Shown piece after piece: positions 1 through 9,754 of a stretch of 64,000 nucleotides of DNA. Each line of letters begins with the position of its first letter. Position 1 is the first letter of the stretch. This DNA is from Planctomycetota bacterium (GTDB lineage Bacteria; Planctomycetota; UBA1135; UBA2386). The notes beneath the pieces are model-generated. The model saw nothing but the letters and a program-made list of their open reading frames with translations. It ran no database searches and was not told the origin of the DNA. The DNA lies in the NCBI GenBank assembly GCA_947501605.1, contig CANMWZ010000008.1, forward strand, positions 61,255 to 125,254, written 5' to 3'. Position numbers and translations under genes: made by a program.

Positions 1-492
1 TTTGAGGATCGTGCAGTCTGCTCCCAACAAGGCCATGGGCACGATGCCCTTCGCGCCCACCTCGCCAAAGGCATAGATGTTCTTGCTCTCGCCAACGATG
101 CGGGCCTGGACATCGACCTCGAACTGGAACACGCCCTGGAGGAGCCCCTTTACCAGAGTCGCAAGCTGTGCCTCGGTGAGACCGAGCACCTGCACCGGCC
201 CGACGTAGGGGATCAGGATCTTCCCGTCGATCGCGATGCTCTGCGGCGCCGTGAGTCGGGCGAGTTCCGCGGCGGAGGGATCGAGAAACGTCGAGGCCGG
301 AATCAGGAAGACGATCGAGTCACCGCCCGCGACGTAGTTCTCGACTACGGCGTCGCCTTCGGCGCGCGAGCCAAACCCCTTTTCGTGAAACAGCTCGCGC
401 AACCGCTTTTCCTCGTAGTTGCTGCACGAGGTCAACAAGCAGCCAAGGATGGCCAGCAGCAAGAACGACAGGGCAGTGCGGTTCGGAGTCAC
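1..492 (-). CDS. Polysaccharide export outer-membrane lipoprotein (Wza/Poly_export-SLBB family), 3'-truncated by window edge
   Basis: Not in the ORF track; manual translation from GTG at 492 gives VTPNRTALSFLLLAILGCLLTSC (lipobox) ... GGDSIVF ... IAIDGKILIPYVGPVQVLGLTEAQL ... IYAFGEV, matching the Poly_export DG.I.lP.vG motif; lies downstream of the rfb genes. Confidence 0.8.
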   Translation of the reverse strand, partial: MTPNRTALSFLLLAILGCLLTSCSNYEEKRLRELFHEKGFGSRAEGDAVVENYVAGGDSIVFLIPASTFLDPSAAELARLTAPQSIAIDGKILIPYVGPVQVLGLTEAQLATLVKGLLQGVFQFEVDVQARIVGESKNIYAFGEVGAKGIVPMALLGADCTILK

Positions 493-702
493 GCGCGTCT
501 CTTCGAGGGTTGCCGCACCGGTCGTGCGGCGGGCTCATGGTAGGAGGCTGACTGTGCAGCGCAATCTCCGCGATTGCACGGAAGCTCCCCTAGTATCGGA
601 CGATCGCAGCCTGCGACCTGAGCCCGCGAGTTGGACCACTCGGTGCCGCCCGCCCGCGTGTGCGGCGACGGCAAGCAGCGGCCGCAGGCGAGGGCACGCG
701 GC

Positions 703-1713
703 TCAGCGGCTCGCGTACTGCTGCTTGTAGTAGTCCTGGTAGGCGCCGCTGCGGACTCGCTCCCACCACGACCGATTCTGCACGTACCAGTCGAGCGTCT
801 GCCGGAGGCCCTGCTCGAACGTGTGCCGCGGCTCCCAGCCAAGTGTTGCGCGTGCCTTGCTCGAGTCCATCGCGTAGCGACGGTCGTGGCCCGGGCGGTC
901 TTTCACGTAGTGGATCAGGTTGTCCCCCTTGCCCAGCAGGCGGAGGATCTCCTTGATCACGTAGATGTTCTCGCGCTCCGCGTTGCCACCGAAGTTGTAG
1001 ACCTCGCCGGCCTGTCCCCGTTCCATCGCGGCGCGGATTCCCTCGCAGTGATCCGTCACGTAGATCCAGTCGCGGACGTTCTTGCCATCGCCATAGACTG
1101 GCAGATGCTTGCCCTCGAGGGCGTTTGCGATCATCAGCGGGATCAGCTTCTCCGGGAATTGGTACGGCCCATAGTTGTTCGAGCAGCGGGTGATGACGCA
1201 GTCCATGCCGTGCGTATGCACCGCGGCGCGCACGAGAAGGTCACTCGCTGCCTTGCTCGCCGAGTAGGGCGAGTTGGCCTGCATCGGTGTGTCCTCGGTG
1301 AAGAAGCCCCACGGGCCCAGGCTGCCGTAAACCTCGTCGGTGCTGACGTGCACGAAGCGCTTGGTCTTGTAGATGCGGCTCTTGTCGAGCAACACCTGCG
1401 TGCCCTGCACGTTGGTTCGGACAAAGGCCGTCGCGTCGAGCACCGAACGGTCGACGTGGCTCTCGGCGGCGAAGTGCACGACGAGGTCCGGTCGATGCGC
1501 AGCGAAGGCCTCGTCCATCTGCGCGCTGTCGGCGATATCGCCCTTCACGAACGTGTAGCGCGGGTTGCTCGCCACGTCGGTCAGGTTCTCGAGGTTGCCA
1601 GCGTAGGTCAGGGCATCGAGGTTCACGACCTCGTGGTCGCTGCCGTTCAGCAGCATGCGCACGAAGTTCGAACCGATGAAACCAGCACCACCGGTGACGA
1701 GGATCTTGCTCAC
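703..1713 (-). CDS. rfbB: dTDP-glucose 4,6-dehydratase
   Basis: GGAGFIG, HFAAESHVDRS, STDEVYG, YSASK, RCSNNYGPYQFPEKLIP, DRPGHDRRY motifs; GTG start at 1713 overlaps the rfbD stop. Confidence 0.97.
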   Translation of the reverse strand: MSKILVTGGAGFIGSNFVRMLLNGSDHEVVNLDALTYAGNLENLTDVASNPRYTFVKGDIADSAQMDEAFAAHRPDLVVHFAAESHVDRSVLDATAFVRTNVQGTQVLLDKSRIYKTKRFVHVSTDEVYGSLGPWGFFTEDTPMQANSPYSASKAASDLLVRAAVHTHGMDCVITRCSNNYGPYQFPEKLIPLMIANALEGKHLPVYGDGKNVRDWIYVTDHCEGIRAAMERGQAGEVYNFGGNAERENIYVIKEILRLLGKGDNLIHYVKDRPGHDRRYAMDSSKARATLGWEPRHTFEQGLRQTLDWYVQNRSWWERVRSGAYQDYYKQQYASR

Positions 1714-2570
1714 TGGGACTCTTCCTTCAGATAGCGACGCAGGGCGTCGTGGTAATCGGGCAGCCGCTTCCCGCGAACCGCCGCGAGCTTGTCCGTGTCG
1801 AGCACGGACCAGGCTGGGCGAGCCGCGGGGCGGCCGAGTTCTTGGCTGGTCATGGTGCCTACCGTGACCGCCCCGAACCCGGCTGCAGCCAGGATATCGG
1901 TCGCGAAGCGGTGCCAACTGCATTGGCCTTCATTGCTCGCATGGTAGATGCCGCCAGGAGCCTTCAACTCACACAGGTCGAACATCGCAGCCGCGAGGTC
2001 GTCCGTGTAGGTAGGACGGCCAATCTGGTCCGTGACCACCTTCAACGGCTGACCAGAACGGGCACGCGCCAACATGGCGGAGGGGAAGTTCTTGCCCTTC
2101 GGACCGAACACCCAGCTGGTTCGCAGAACGTAGAAGTCTTGGCGCTGATGCGCCGCGAGCGCCTGTTCGCCCAGCAGCTTGCTGCGGCCGTAGGCGGACA
2201 GCGGGGCGGTGGTCGCGTCCTCGCGATAGGGAGTCGTCGCGCGACCGTCGAACACAAAGTCCGTACTGACGTAAACGAGGCCGATGCCGAGTTCGGCGCA
2301 GACATCGGCAACGTGCGCGGTGCCAGTGCCGTTCTGCGCCACAGCCTTCTGCGGCTCCTTTTCACAGCCATCGACGTCGGTCCACGCGCCGCCATGCAGG
2401 ACGAAACGAGGCTTCTGCTCGACGAGCCAACGGCGCACGGCACCTTGGTCTTCGACGCGCAGATTCGTCGTGTCGGTCATGCAGACGCTGCGCCCGCGTC
2501 GCCCGGCCTCGCGGGCTACAGCGCGGCCGAGTTGTCCTCTCCCACCTGTGACAAGGTAGTCGACGCTCAT
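1710..2570 (-). CDS. rfbD: dTDP-4-dehydrorhamnose reductase
   Basis: TGGRGQLG, WTDVDGCE, STDFVFDG, YGRSK, DQIGRPT, RPAWSVLD motifs. Confidence 0.95.
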   Translation of the reverse strand: MSVDYLVTGGRGQLGRAVAREAGRRGRSVCMTDTTNLRVEDQGAVRRWLVEQKPRFVLHGGAWTDVDGCEKEPQKAVAQNGTGTAHVADVCAELGIGLVYVSTDFVFDGRATTPYREDATTAPLSAYGRSKLLGEQALAAHQRQDFYVLRTSWVFGPKGKNFPSAMLARARSGQPLKVVTDQIGRPTYTDDLAAAMFDLCELKAPGGIYHASNEGQCSWHRFATDILAAAGFGAVTVGTMTSQELGRPAARPAWSVLDTDKLAAVRGKRLPDYHDALRRYLKEESQ

Positions 2571-2604
2571 GCTGCATTCCCTGCTGTGACCCGCAGTGCG
2601 GGCC

Positions 2605-3339
2605 TCAGATGTCCATCCGGTTGCAGCCGTTGTCGCGAATCAGCGTTGCGGCGCGATACAGCGATTCGAACGTGCCAGCATCGGTCCACCAACCCTTCAA
2701 CACTTCGGCCGTCATCGAGCCACGGCGGATGTACTCGTTGTTGACGTCGGTGATCTCGAGCTCGCCGCGGGCTGACGGCTTCAGCGTGCGGCAGATCTCG
2801 AACACGTGCTTGTCGTAGAGGTAGATGCCGATGACCGCTTGGTTGGTCTCCGGTTGCTTTGGCTTCTCGACGATCTTCTCGACCTTGCCGTTCTTGACCG
2901 TGGCAACGCCAAAGCGCTCGGGGTCGTGCACTTCCTTCAGCAGGATCTTGGCACCCGTTCCCTGCGCCTTGAAGTCATCGACGGCCTTCTTGATGTTGCT
3001 CTCGATGATGTTGTCGCCCAACACCACGCAGATGGCTTCACCGTCGGCGAAGTGCTCCGCCAGTTTCAGCGCGTCGGCAATGCCACCCTCGCCCTGCTGG
3101 TAGGCGTAGTTGAGACGCTGCAGACCGAAGTCGGCGCCATTGCCGAGCAGCTGCAGGAAGTCACCGGCGGAGTTTCCGCCCGTGACGATCAGGATGTCCC
3201 TGATACCAGCGTTCACCAAACACTGGATCGGGTAATAGATCATCGGCTTGTCGAAGACCGGCAGCAGATGCTTATTGGTGATCTTCGTGAGCGGGTAGAG
3301 CCGCGTGCCGAGACCACCTGCGAGAACAACGCCCTTCAT
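2605..3339 (-). CDS. rfbA: Glucose-1-phosphate thymidylyltransferase (short form)
   Basis: LAGGLGTRLYPLT, KHLLPVFDKPMIYYP, EKP, SARGELEITD, WTDAGT. Confidence 0.9.
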   Translation of the reverse strand: MKGVVLAGGLGTRLYPLTKITNKHLLPVFDKPMIYYPIQCLVNAGIRDILIVTGGNSAGDFLQLLGNGADFGLQRLNYAYQQGEGGIADALKLAEHFADGEAICVVLGDNIIESNIKKAVDDFKAQGTGAKILLKEVHDPERFGVATVKNGKVEKIVEKPKQPETNQAVIGIYLYDKHVFEICRTLKPSARGELEITDVNNEYIRRGSMTAEVLKGWWTDAGTFESLYRAATLIRDNGCNRMDI

Positions 3340-4274
3340 GAGTACTGACTCCGGTACCAGTCGTAGGTTCGTTGGATTCCTTCGGCGAAGCCAACGCTCG
3401 GGCAGAAGCCGATTATGGATTTCGCGCGACCGACATCCGCCAGCGAGTGCCGGACATCGCCTTTGCGAGCCGCGGCGTACAGAGGTTGGACACTCTTGCC
3501 GGCGACTCGACTGAGTTCGGCGAGCAGGTCGCGCACGGTGATCGACTGGCCGTAGGCCAAGTTCACGATCTCGCAGCCGGTCGTAGTCGCAAACAGCGCC
3601 TTCTCAACGCCCTCCACCACGTCCTCGACGTAGGTGAAGTCGCGCGACTGCGTGCCATCGCCATCGATGCGCGGTTGCTGGCCGCGCAGCAACGAGAAGC
3701 AGAACGCAGCCACGACCCCCGAGTACTGGCTGTCCGGTACCTGGCGTGGGCCGAAGACGTTGAAGAACCTAGTGATGACGACGGGCAGGCCGTACACGCG
3801 GGCGTAGCTTCTGCAGTAGAGCTCGCCCGCTAGTTTGGCCGCCGCGTAGGGAGACAGCGGGTCCTCACGCATGCTCTCATGCTTCCACTGCTCCTGCTGG
3901 TTGCCATAGGCCGACGAACTGCCGGCGTAGACGACGCGCGCGCCATGCTGCTTGGCGGCGAACAGCACCTGAGCCGTGCCGGTAGCGCAGGCGTGGTGCG
4001 TATCGAGCGGCGTTTCGAGGCTGCGTGCAACCGACGGCAACGCCGCCAGGTGTACGACGTGCTTGCTGTTGGCAAACGCGCGCTGCACTGCAACAGCATC
4101 GGTAACGGAACCCTCGACGATCTCCAGATCGCCCTCGACCCCGTCGAGATTCGTGCGCCGACCCGTCGAGAAGTCGTCGATCACTGTGACGCTGCGTCCC
4201 GCAGCCAGGAGGCGCCGCACAAGGTGCGAACCGATGAAGCCGGCACCGCCGGTGACGAGAACCCGAGTACTCAA
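3336..4274 (-). CDS. NAD-dependent nucleotide-sugar 4-epimerase/dehydratase (WbpP/GalE-like SDR)
   Basis: TGGAGFIGSH, HLAALPSV, SSSAYG, YAAAK, FNVFGPRQ, DGTQSRDFTYV. Confidence 0.9.
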   Translation of the reverse strand: MSTRVLVTGGAGFIGSHLVRRLLAAGRSVTVIDDFSTGRRTNLDGVEGDLEIVEGSVTDAVAVQRAFANSKHVVHLAALPSVARSLETPLDTHHACATGTAQVLFAAKQHGARVVYAGSSSAYGNQQEQWKHESMREDPLSPYAAAKLAGELYCRSYARVYGLPVVITRFFNVFGPRQVPDSQYSGVVAAFCFSLLRGQQPRIDGDGTQSRDFTYVEDVVEGVEKALFATTTGCEIVNLAYGQSITVRDLLAELSRVAGKSVQPLYAAARKGDVRHSLADVGRAKSIIGFCPSVGFAEGIQRTYDWYRSQYS

Positions 4275-4881
4275 ACGATGACTCCTGCGGCAGGGACCGT
4301 GGCGGACAACCAGGCAAAGCGCATCCGGCCATCGACCCGATCGCCCACGGCGACGTAGCCGAGGCCCTTTGTCGCGCTGGTCCCCGCACGGGTCATCGGC
4401 ATGGCGCGCCTTCTGTCTGCTTGCGGATACGAATTCGCGCTCGCAGCAGCGACTGGTGCGGGCCCTGAGTCGCCGCCCCCTGCCCGGGGCGCACCGCCCT
4501 CTCCTTGCGGCAGAAGGCGCCCCCGAGCAGGCCGCAACCTGTGCACGTCATCGTCTGTGTTCAGCGCTCGGGTCACGAAGCGTGGCGGAAGGGGAATGAG
4601 ATCAAGTGTGCTGTATCGCTGCCCTTGTAGGGTGTCCACCCGAGTGTGCGGTTTCCCGCAAGAGACGGAGAAGCCCTTGGTTGAGACGGGCCCAGAACCC
4701 CCCATGAGATCGACCACTGCACCTTGGCCTCGGGCGGTTCTGCGCCCGCCATCTCGGGACGAAGGTCGCCGCCCGGAGCTACTCTCCAAGGTGGTCACAG
4801 GCCCGCACAGGTTGACAGGTTGCGCGCGTCGGCCTTACCGTCCCCCGGCCCCCTCTCCCCCTCGTCGAGGATTCCATCATC

Positions 4882-6219
4882 GTGGCTAGGCGCGACCGTT
4901 CGTCGTCCTCCCGTTCGTCATCGGCCGCCAAGCGCCCGTCCTCTTCGTCCACCACGCGCGCAGCCGGTCGGCCGCGGAGCGATGGCAAGGTCGACATCTT
5001 CTGTCCCCAGTGCGCCGCGCAGTATCGCATCGCCGAAGACGCGATCGACATCAAGGTGGCGTGCACGCAGTGCCAGCGCGTCTTCTTCCCAAAGGCAGGC
5101 GCCACCAAGCGACCGAAGGCCAAGGACTACAGCAAGGCCTACATCGGTTTCGGTGTCGGCGCGGTCCTGATAGTCGGCACCTTGGTGCTGATGAGCCGCG
5201 GTGGCGACCAGCCAAAGCCGAAAGCCGCGGCGCCAACGAACACCGCAGACGCACAGTTGCAGATCGATCGGAAGGCCCGAGCCGATCAGGGCATGCGTTG
5301 GGCTCGTGCGGTCGCCACCGGCGACCTGCTGACATTGCGCACCTACTCCGACTTGGCGGCGATGGCCACGGTTCTCGGTATCGACGCCACTCTGGTCGGC
5401 GATGCACGCGACCAGGCAATCGTTGCCGCGCTGCCCAAGCACGACGCCACGCGCCTGTTCTCCGAGATGGAATGTTCCTCGGCGGATGTAAGTGAGTCGG
5501 CCGTGAAGGCAGGCGCAGGTGCGATGACCTTCTACTTCAGCAACAAGCCCGGCGACACGGTCTACGACCCCAAAGCCGGAGCCCAGGTCACCGTGCAGTG
5601 GAGCCTCCAGGCCTCGCAGATGCGCGTGGCCTCCTTCGAGGTGACGGCGAAACCCGTCGTCCGGGGCAAGCGTCCAGGCGATTCGTCGAACACTTTCAAG
5701 CCCAGCGAAGAGGTCGCCAAACCCAAGCTCGTCGAGACCAACCGAGGTGGCGCCCTGGTAAAGGTCAAGGAGTCCGATCCGGCTCCGATCGCGCACCTCG
5801 CGGACACGCCTGAGCCGGTTCGCGAGAAAATCGATGCCTTGGTCAAGGACCTGATCGCGAGCGCGGATCCGGACTCTCCAGGCTACCTGTTTGGCCGCAG
5901 CTCCTCGGCACTCAAGGCGATCGGCAAGCCGGCCATGCCGCGCTTGGTGAATGCCCTCTACGAGCTCTACCCGGACGTCCAGGGCAACAACCAGAAGATC
6001 TCGCAGGTCACGCGCTGCCTGCTCGACATGACCGGGATGGCCTTCGCGTATGACGTGCGCGGCAGCGGCGACGCGGCAAAGGACAAGCCTGCTCGCGAAT
6101 CCGTCATCCGGCAGTGGTTCGCGTGGTGGTGGCGCTTTGCCAACGACACCTATCAGGACGCGATCGACCAGTCCGAGGATCTGCTCGACGCGAGCAGCAG
6201 CAAGCCCAAGGACAAGTAG
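4882..6219 (+). CDS. Zinc-ribbon (MJ0042-type) single-pass membrane protein with C-terminal HEAT-like domain
   Basis: CPQC..YRI..(V)ACTQC near the N-terminus, TM segment YIGFGVGAVLIVGTLVLM, C-terminal MTG..F..WFAWW. Confidence 0.7.
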   Translation: MARRDRSSSSRSSSAAKRPSSSSTTRAAGRPRSDGKVDIFCPQCAAQYRIAEDAIDIKVACTQCQRVFFPKAGATKRPKAKDYSKAYIGFGVGAVLIVGTLVLMSRGGDQPKPKAAAPTNTADAQLQIDRKARADQGMRWARAVATGDLLTLRTYSDLAAMATVLGIDATLVGDARDQAIVAALPKHDATRLFSEMECSSADVSESAVKAGAGAMTFYFSNKPGDTVYDPKAGAQVTVQWSLQASQMRVASFEVTAKPVVRGKRPGDSSNTFKPSEEVAKPKLVETNRGGALVKVKESDPAPIAHLADTPEPVREKIDALVKDLIASADPDSPGYLFGRSSSALKAIGKPAMPRLVNALYELYPDVQGNNQKISQVTRCLLDMTGMAFAYDVRGSGDAAKDKPARESVIRQWFAWWWRFANDTYQDAIDQSEDLLDASSSKPKDK

Positions 6220-6276
6220 GCGTCCCGCCCATTCCCAACCTCTCCCCAGCCCGTTCCCTAGCCAGCCTGAAATCCC

Positions 6277-7476
6277 ATGTCCGTCCTCGCCATTGCCTGT
6301 GACAACTGCGGCGCGAAGTACCGCCTGCCTGAGTCGTTCTCCGGAGACAAAGCCAAGTGCCAGAAGTGCGGCAGCGTGATCGATGTCGCTGCCCAGCGCA
6401 AAACGGCCGGAGCACCGGCAACGGCACCAGCACCAGCCCCGAAGACCGCATCGGTACCGCTCAGTCCTCCAACGAGGAAGAAGGAGTCAGCCGTCGGTAC
6501 TCGCGCCGCGAGCACGTCAGCGGCAAAGGTTGAGGCTGCGCCGACGCGGCTGGCGCGTTCAAGCCGCGGCACGAGTGCGGAGCCCGCTGAAGCGAAGGAC
6601 GGCAAGAGCGGCCGTACGCGCGGCGACCGAAAGGAAGCCGGCGAGCGCGAACCAAAGAAGAACAACACCATGCTGTTGGCTGGCGGCGGCATCGCGGCCC
6701 TCGCCATCGTCGCGGTGATTGTTGTCCTCGGCTCGGGCAGAAAGGAACCAGCCAAGGGGACCGACCAAGCAGTCGTCGGGAACCAAGAAGCCGCCAAGCC
6801 CGCGCCAGAGGCAAGCAAGCAGGATGTCGCGCCACCGCAGCCCAAGGTCGAGCCGAAAACGGAGCCGAAGACGGAGCCGGCGCCAGTTCTGGCCGACGCG
6901 AGCGCCAAGCTGCTCGACGGAAAAGCCGAACCAGCCGTGGCCACCACCGAGAAGCCGGCAGCAAAGGAGGCCGAAGCACCGGCGCAGCCTGCCGATGACG
7001 GCACTCCCAAGGAGAAATGGGAGCGCAACACGACCAAGAGCATCGACGAGGTCTTTGATGTGAAGTCGCTCGGCGAACTGCCATGGACGGCAGAGGCCGA
7101 CGATGCGAAGCGGGAAGAAGTTCGGGCCCTGGTTGCGACGGTTGTCGATGGCGGCAAGCCCGCGCGAGCGGCCAAGACCGAACTCGAGAAGATGGGCTAC
7201 TTCGCTGCCTTTGGCATTGTCGAGCGCTTGCGCCAACTCGACTACAAGTCCAGCAGTGAGCAGATGACCGCTTGGGAGTTCAACAAGGTGCTCGAGACGA
7301 TCTTCGCCGGCTTGAATGCAGGCTTCGTCGCGGTCGAGGACGGCGTCGATCTCGACCCTCGCAAGGCTGACCACAACGCGCGCACGGCCGAGGCGTGGAG
7401 CAGGTTCTTGGGCAAGTATCCGACCAAGGCCGAGTTTGACGCGTGGCGCAAGGAACGCCTCAACCGCGCCAAGTGA
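6277..7476 (+). CDS. Zinc-ribbon (MJ0042-type) single-pass membrane protein, Pro/Ala/Lys-rich linkers
   Basis: CDNC..YRL..AKCQKC at the N-terminus, TM segment LLAGGGIAALAIVAVIVVLG, helical C-terminal domain resembling that of the upstream gene. Confidence 0.7.
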   Translation: MSVLAIACDNCGAKYRLPESFSGDKAKCQKCGSVIDVAAQRKTAGAPATAPAPAPKTASVPLSPPTRKKESAVGTRAASTSAAKVEAAPTRLARSSRGTSAEPAEAKDGKSGRTRGDRKEAGEREPKKNNTMLLAGGGIAALAIVAVIVVLGSGRKEPAKGTDQAVVGNQEAAKPAPEASKQDVAPPQPKVEPKTEPKTEPAPVLADASAKLLDGKAEPAVATTEKPAAKEAEAPAQPADDGTPKEKWERNTTKSIDEVFDVKSLGELPWTAEADDAKREEVRALVATVVDGGKPARAAKTELEKMGYFAAFGIVERLRQLDYKSSSEQMTAWEFNKVLETIFAGLNAGFVAVEDGVDLDPRKADHNARTAEAWSRFLGKYPTKAEFDAWRKERLNRAK

Positions 7477-7508
7477 CCCAGATCCCAGCGACCCAGATCC
7501 CAGTGACC
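7475..7508 (+). repeat. 15-nt tandem repeat (GACCCAGATCCCAGY x2.3)
   Basis: gacccagatcccagc gacccagatcccagt gacc, starting in the stop codon of the 6277..7476 gene. Confidence 0.85.
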
Positions 7509-7649
7509 GGGCTCCGGCGGCGTTGGCCTGCGGTGGGTCATGTGCTGCGGGCCGCGTCAGCCGGCGTAGCCGAGGTTGTCGGGGCGGGCTAGATCTTGGC
7601 CGCGCCCAGGGTCTTCAAGACTCACGGCGAACCGACTCGCTCGCGGTTG

Positions 7650-9401
7650 TCAGAAGGCCCCAGCACTGCCGCCACTGCGATGGTCGCACACGGCGATGCG
7701 CTCGCCATCGTCGCGAATCGCGATGCACTGCACCCGCGCAATCGCGCGGGGCCGGGGCTCAAACGTGTGCCCCATCGCCGCCAGTTTCTGACGCACGTCG
7801 CGAGGCAGTGAGTTCTCCTCCCACATCAGCGAGTCCGGCATCCATTGGTGATGGATGCGAGGCGCTCGCACAGCGGACTCGAGGGTCATGCCATGGTCTA
7901 CGACGTTGAGCAGGACCTGCATCACGGCGTTGATGATTCGACCGCCGCCCGGCGCGCCCAGAACGACCACGACCTTGCCGTCGCGCACCACGATCGTCGG
8001 CGTCATCGAGGACAGCATTCGCTTGCCAGGTGCAATGGCGTTGGCTCGGCCACCGACCAAGCCGAACTGGTTGGGAGTGCCCGGACGAGCGGCAAAGTCA
8101 TCCATCTCGTCGTTGAGCAAGAAGCCCGCGCCCGCAACCACATCACCGCTCCCGAACGTCGCATTGAGCGTCGTCGTGCAGGCCACTGCGTTGCCTGCCT
8201 GGTCCACCACCGAGAAGTGGGTCGTGTCGTCGCCCTCGGGGGCCCCAGGCGGCACGCCAGGCGCAACCTCGCTGCGGCGATCCGTGCGCAGACCCTGCCG
8301 CAGCGTAGTCGCATAGTCCTTGGACACGAGTCCTGACGTTGGCACCGAGACATGGTCAGGATCGCCGAGCCACTTGGCGCGGTCGGCATAGGCACGACGC
8401 ATGACCTCCGTCAGCAAGTGCAAGGTCTCGCTGCTGCCAAACCCCATCGAGCGCAGATCGTAGGGCTCCAACAGGTTGAGCATCTGGAGCAGTGCCACTC
8501 CGCCCGAAGAGGGCGGTGGCATCGACAGCACTTCGCAACCACGATAGGTCCCACGCAACACTTCGCGTTGCACCGGTGCATACGTCGTGAGATCGGCGGC
8601 CGTCACGTAGCCGCCATTGCTCGCCATGTGCGCAGCGATCAGTTCGGCGGTGCGGCCGCGATAGAACCCAGAAGGGCCGGCTTCGGCGAAACGCTCCAAT
8701 GTGGCCGCAAGATCTGGCTGCATCAGCAGCTCGCCCTGCTTCAGTGGTTCGCCATCCTTGAAGAAGATTGCTCGAGCGGTCGCGCTGCGGCCCAGGAGCT
8801 CACGTTCGTCGCGCAAAGCGGCGGCTAGGAACTGGTCGACCGGGACACCGTGCCTTGCCAGCGCAATCGCTGGCTGAGCCAACTCCCGAAGCGACTTCTT
8901 GCCGAACTGCGCCAAGGCGAGGCAGAGACCGGCTGGGCTTCCTGGAACCGCGGCTGAGGTCGCACCGTACTGCACCTTTTCGGTGTCGAGTGTGCCATCG
9001 GGCCGGAGATACATCGTCGCCGTCGCGGCGGCCGGGGCCTTCTCGCGAAAGTCGAACGCCGCGGTTTGCCCATCGTGCATGCGCACGATGAGGAAGCCAC
9101 CGCCGCCGAGGTTGCCGGCCTGAGGGTGTGTCACCGCGAGCGTCAATGCGATCGCGACCGCCGCATCGACGGCATTGCCGCCGTCGCGCAGCACTTCGAG
9201 TCCGACCGCCGTCGCATGCGGCTCACAGGTCGCAACGGCGGCGTTGCGGCCGCGTGCGATCATGTCGTTCGGCAGCAGCGCCGGGTTTCGACCATCGCCG
9301 TGAACGGCACTGGCAGGCAACAACCACCCCGCCACCACAAAGCCGAGCGCCACCCTGATGCGCCGCGAGGCTTGACCGCTATCGCGCCCGCGAAGTCTCA
9401 T
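7650..9401 (-). CDS. ggt: Gamma-glutamyltransferase
   Basis: GGNAVDAA, GNLGGGGF, DFREKAP, catalytic TTHFSV, LNDEMDDF, PGKRMLSSMTP, GAPGG; signal-peptide-like N-terminus. Confidence 0.96.
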   Translation of the reverse strand: MRLRGRDSGQASRRIRVALGFVVAGWLLPASAVHGDGRNPALLPNDMIARGRNAAVATCEPHATAVGLEVLRDGGNAVDAAVAIALTLAVTHPQAGNLGGGGFLIVRMHDGQTAAFDFREKAPAAATATMYLRPDGTLDTEKVQYGATSAAVPGSPAGLCLALAQFGKKSLRELAQPAIALARHGVPVDQFLAAALRDERELLGRSATARAIFFKDGEPLKQGELLMQPDLAATLERFAEAGPSGFYRGRTAELIAAHMASNGGYVTAADLTTYAPVQREVLRGTYRGCEVLSMPPPSSGGVALLQMLNLLEPYDLRSMGFGSSETLHLLTEVMRRAYADRAKWLGDPDHVSVPTSGLVSKDYATTLRQGLRTDRRSEVAPGVPPGAPEGDDTTHFSVVDQAGNAVACTTTLNATFGSGDVVAGAGFLLNDEMDDFAARPGTPNQFGLVGGRANAIAPGKRMLSSMTPTIVVRDGKVVVVLGAPGGGRIINAVMQVLLNVVDHGMTLESAVRAPRIHHQWMPDSLMWEENSLPRDVRQKLAAMGHTFEPRPRAIARVQCIAIRDDGERIAVCDHRSGGSAGAF

Positions 9402-9640
9402 CGCTCCGGACCGCCCAGCCTTTCGCCGAACGTGACGCCCTGCGAGTGCAGGTACTGGATCACGCGGTCGATTTCGGCCTGCTCGCCTTCGAGTTCGAGG
9501 GCGATGAACCCGCCCAGGTCCGTGACCGAGGCGCCACGAATGTTGACAACGACGTCGAACGAGCGATTGATCTTGTAGAGCAAGGGCTCGCGCACGAGGT
9601 CCTGGCTGAACTCGAAGTGGATGTTCTTCTTGGTCTTCAC
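9398..9640 (-). CDS. Stand-alone NIL domain protein
   Basis: 80 aa; EPLLYKINRSFDVVVNIRGASV...GFIALELEG...IQYL fits the NIL (MetN C-terminal) fold; stop overlaps the ggt start. Confidence 0.8.
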   Translation of the reverse strand: MKTKKNIHFEFSQDLVREPLLYKINRSFDVVVNIRGASVTDLGGFIALELEGEQAEIDRVIQYLHSQGVTFGERLGGPER

Positions 9641-9754
9641 TGGGTCGGGGTCCGAACCGGCTGCGATGCCGGGCGAGGATGATACGAATGGCGGGGTCCA
9701 GGCGCTCGCACTTGATCCAGAACCGCCGCTCGATACCCTCTCCGCCTCGTTCTT

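Noticed and set aside
631..1734. 367-aa plus-strand ORF
   Set aside because: Antisense shadow of rfbB with no motifs; long shadow ORFs are expected in high-GC DNA
4271..4798. 175-aa minus-strand ORF upstream of the epimerase
   Set aside because: No recognisable motifs and low-complexity composition; cannot be supported as a gene
4275..4881. Replication origin (yidC and rsmG often lie near oriC)
   Set aside because: No convincing TTATCCACA boxes or AT-rich unwinding element, and no dnaA/dnaN/rnpA/mnmG in the window
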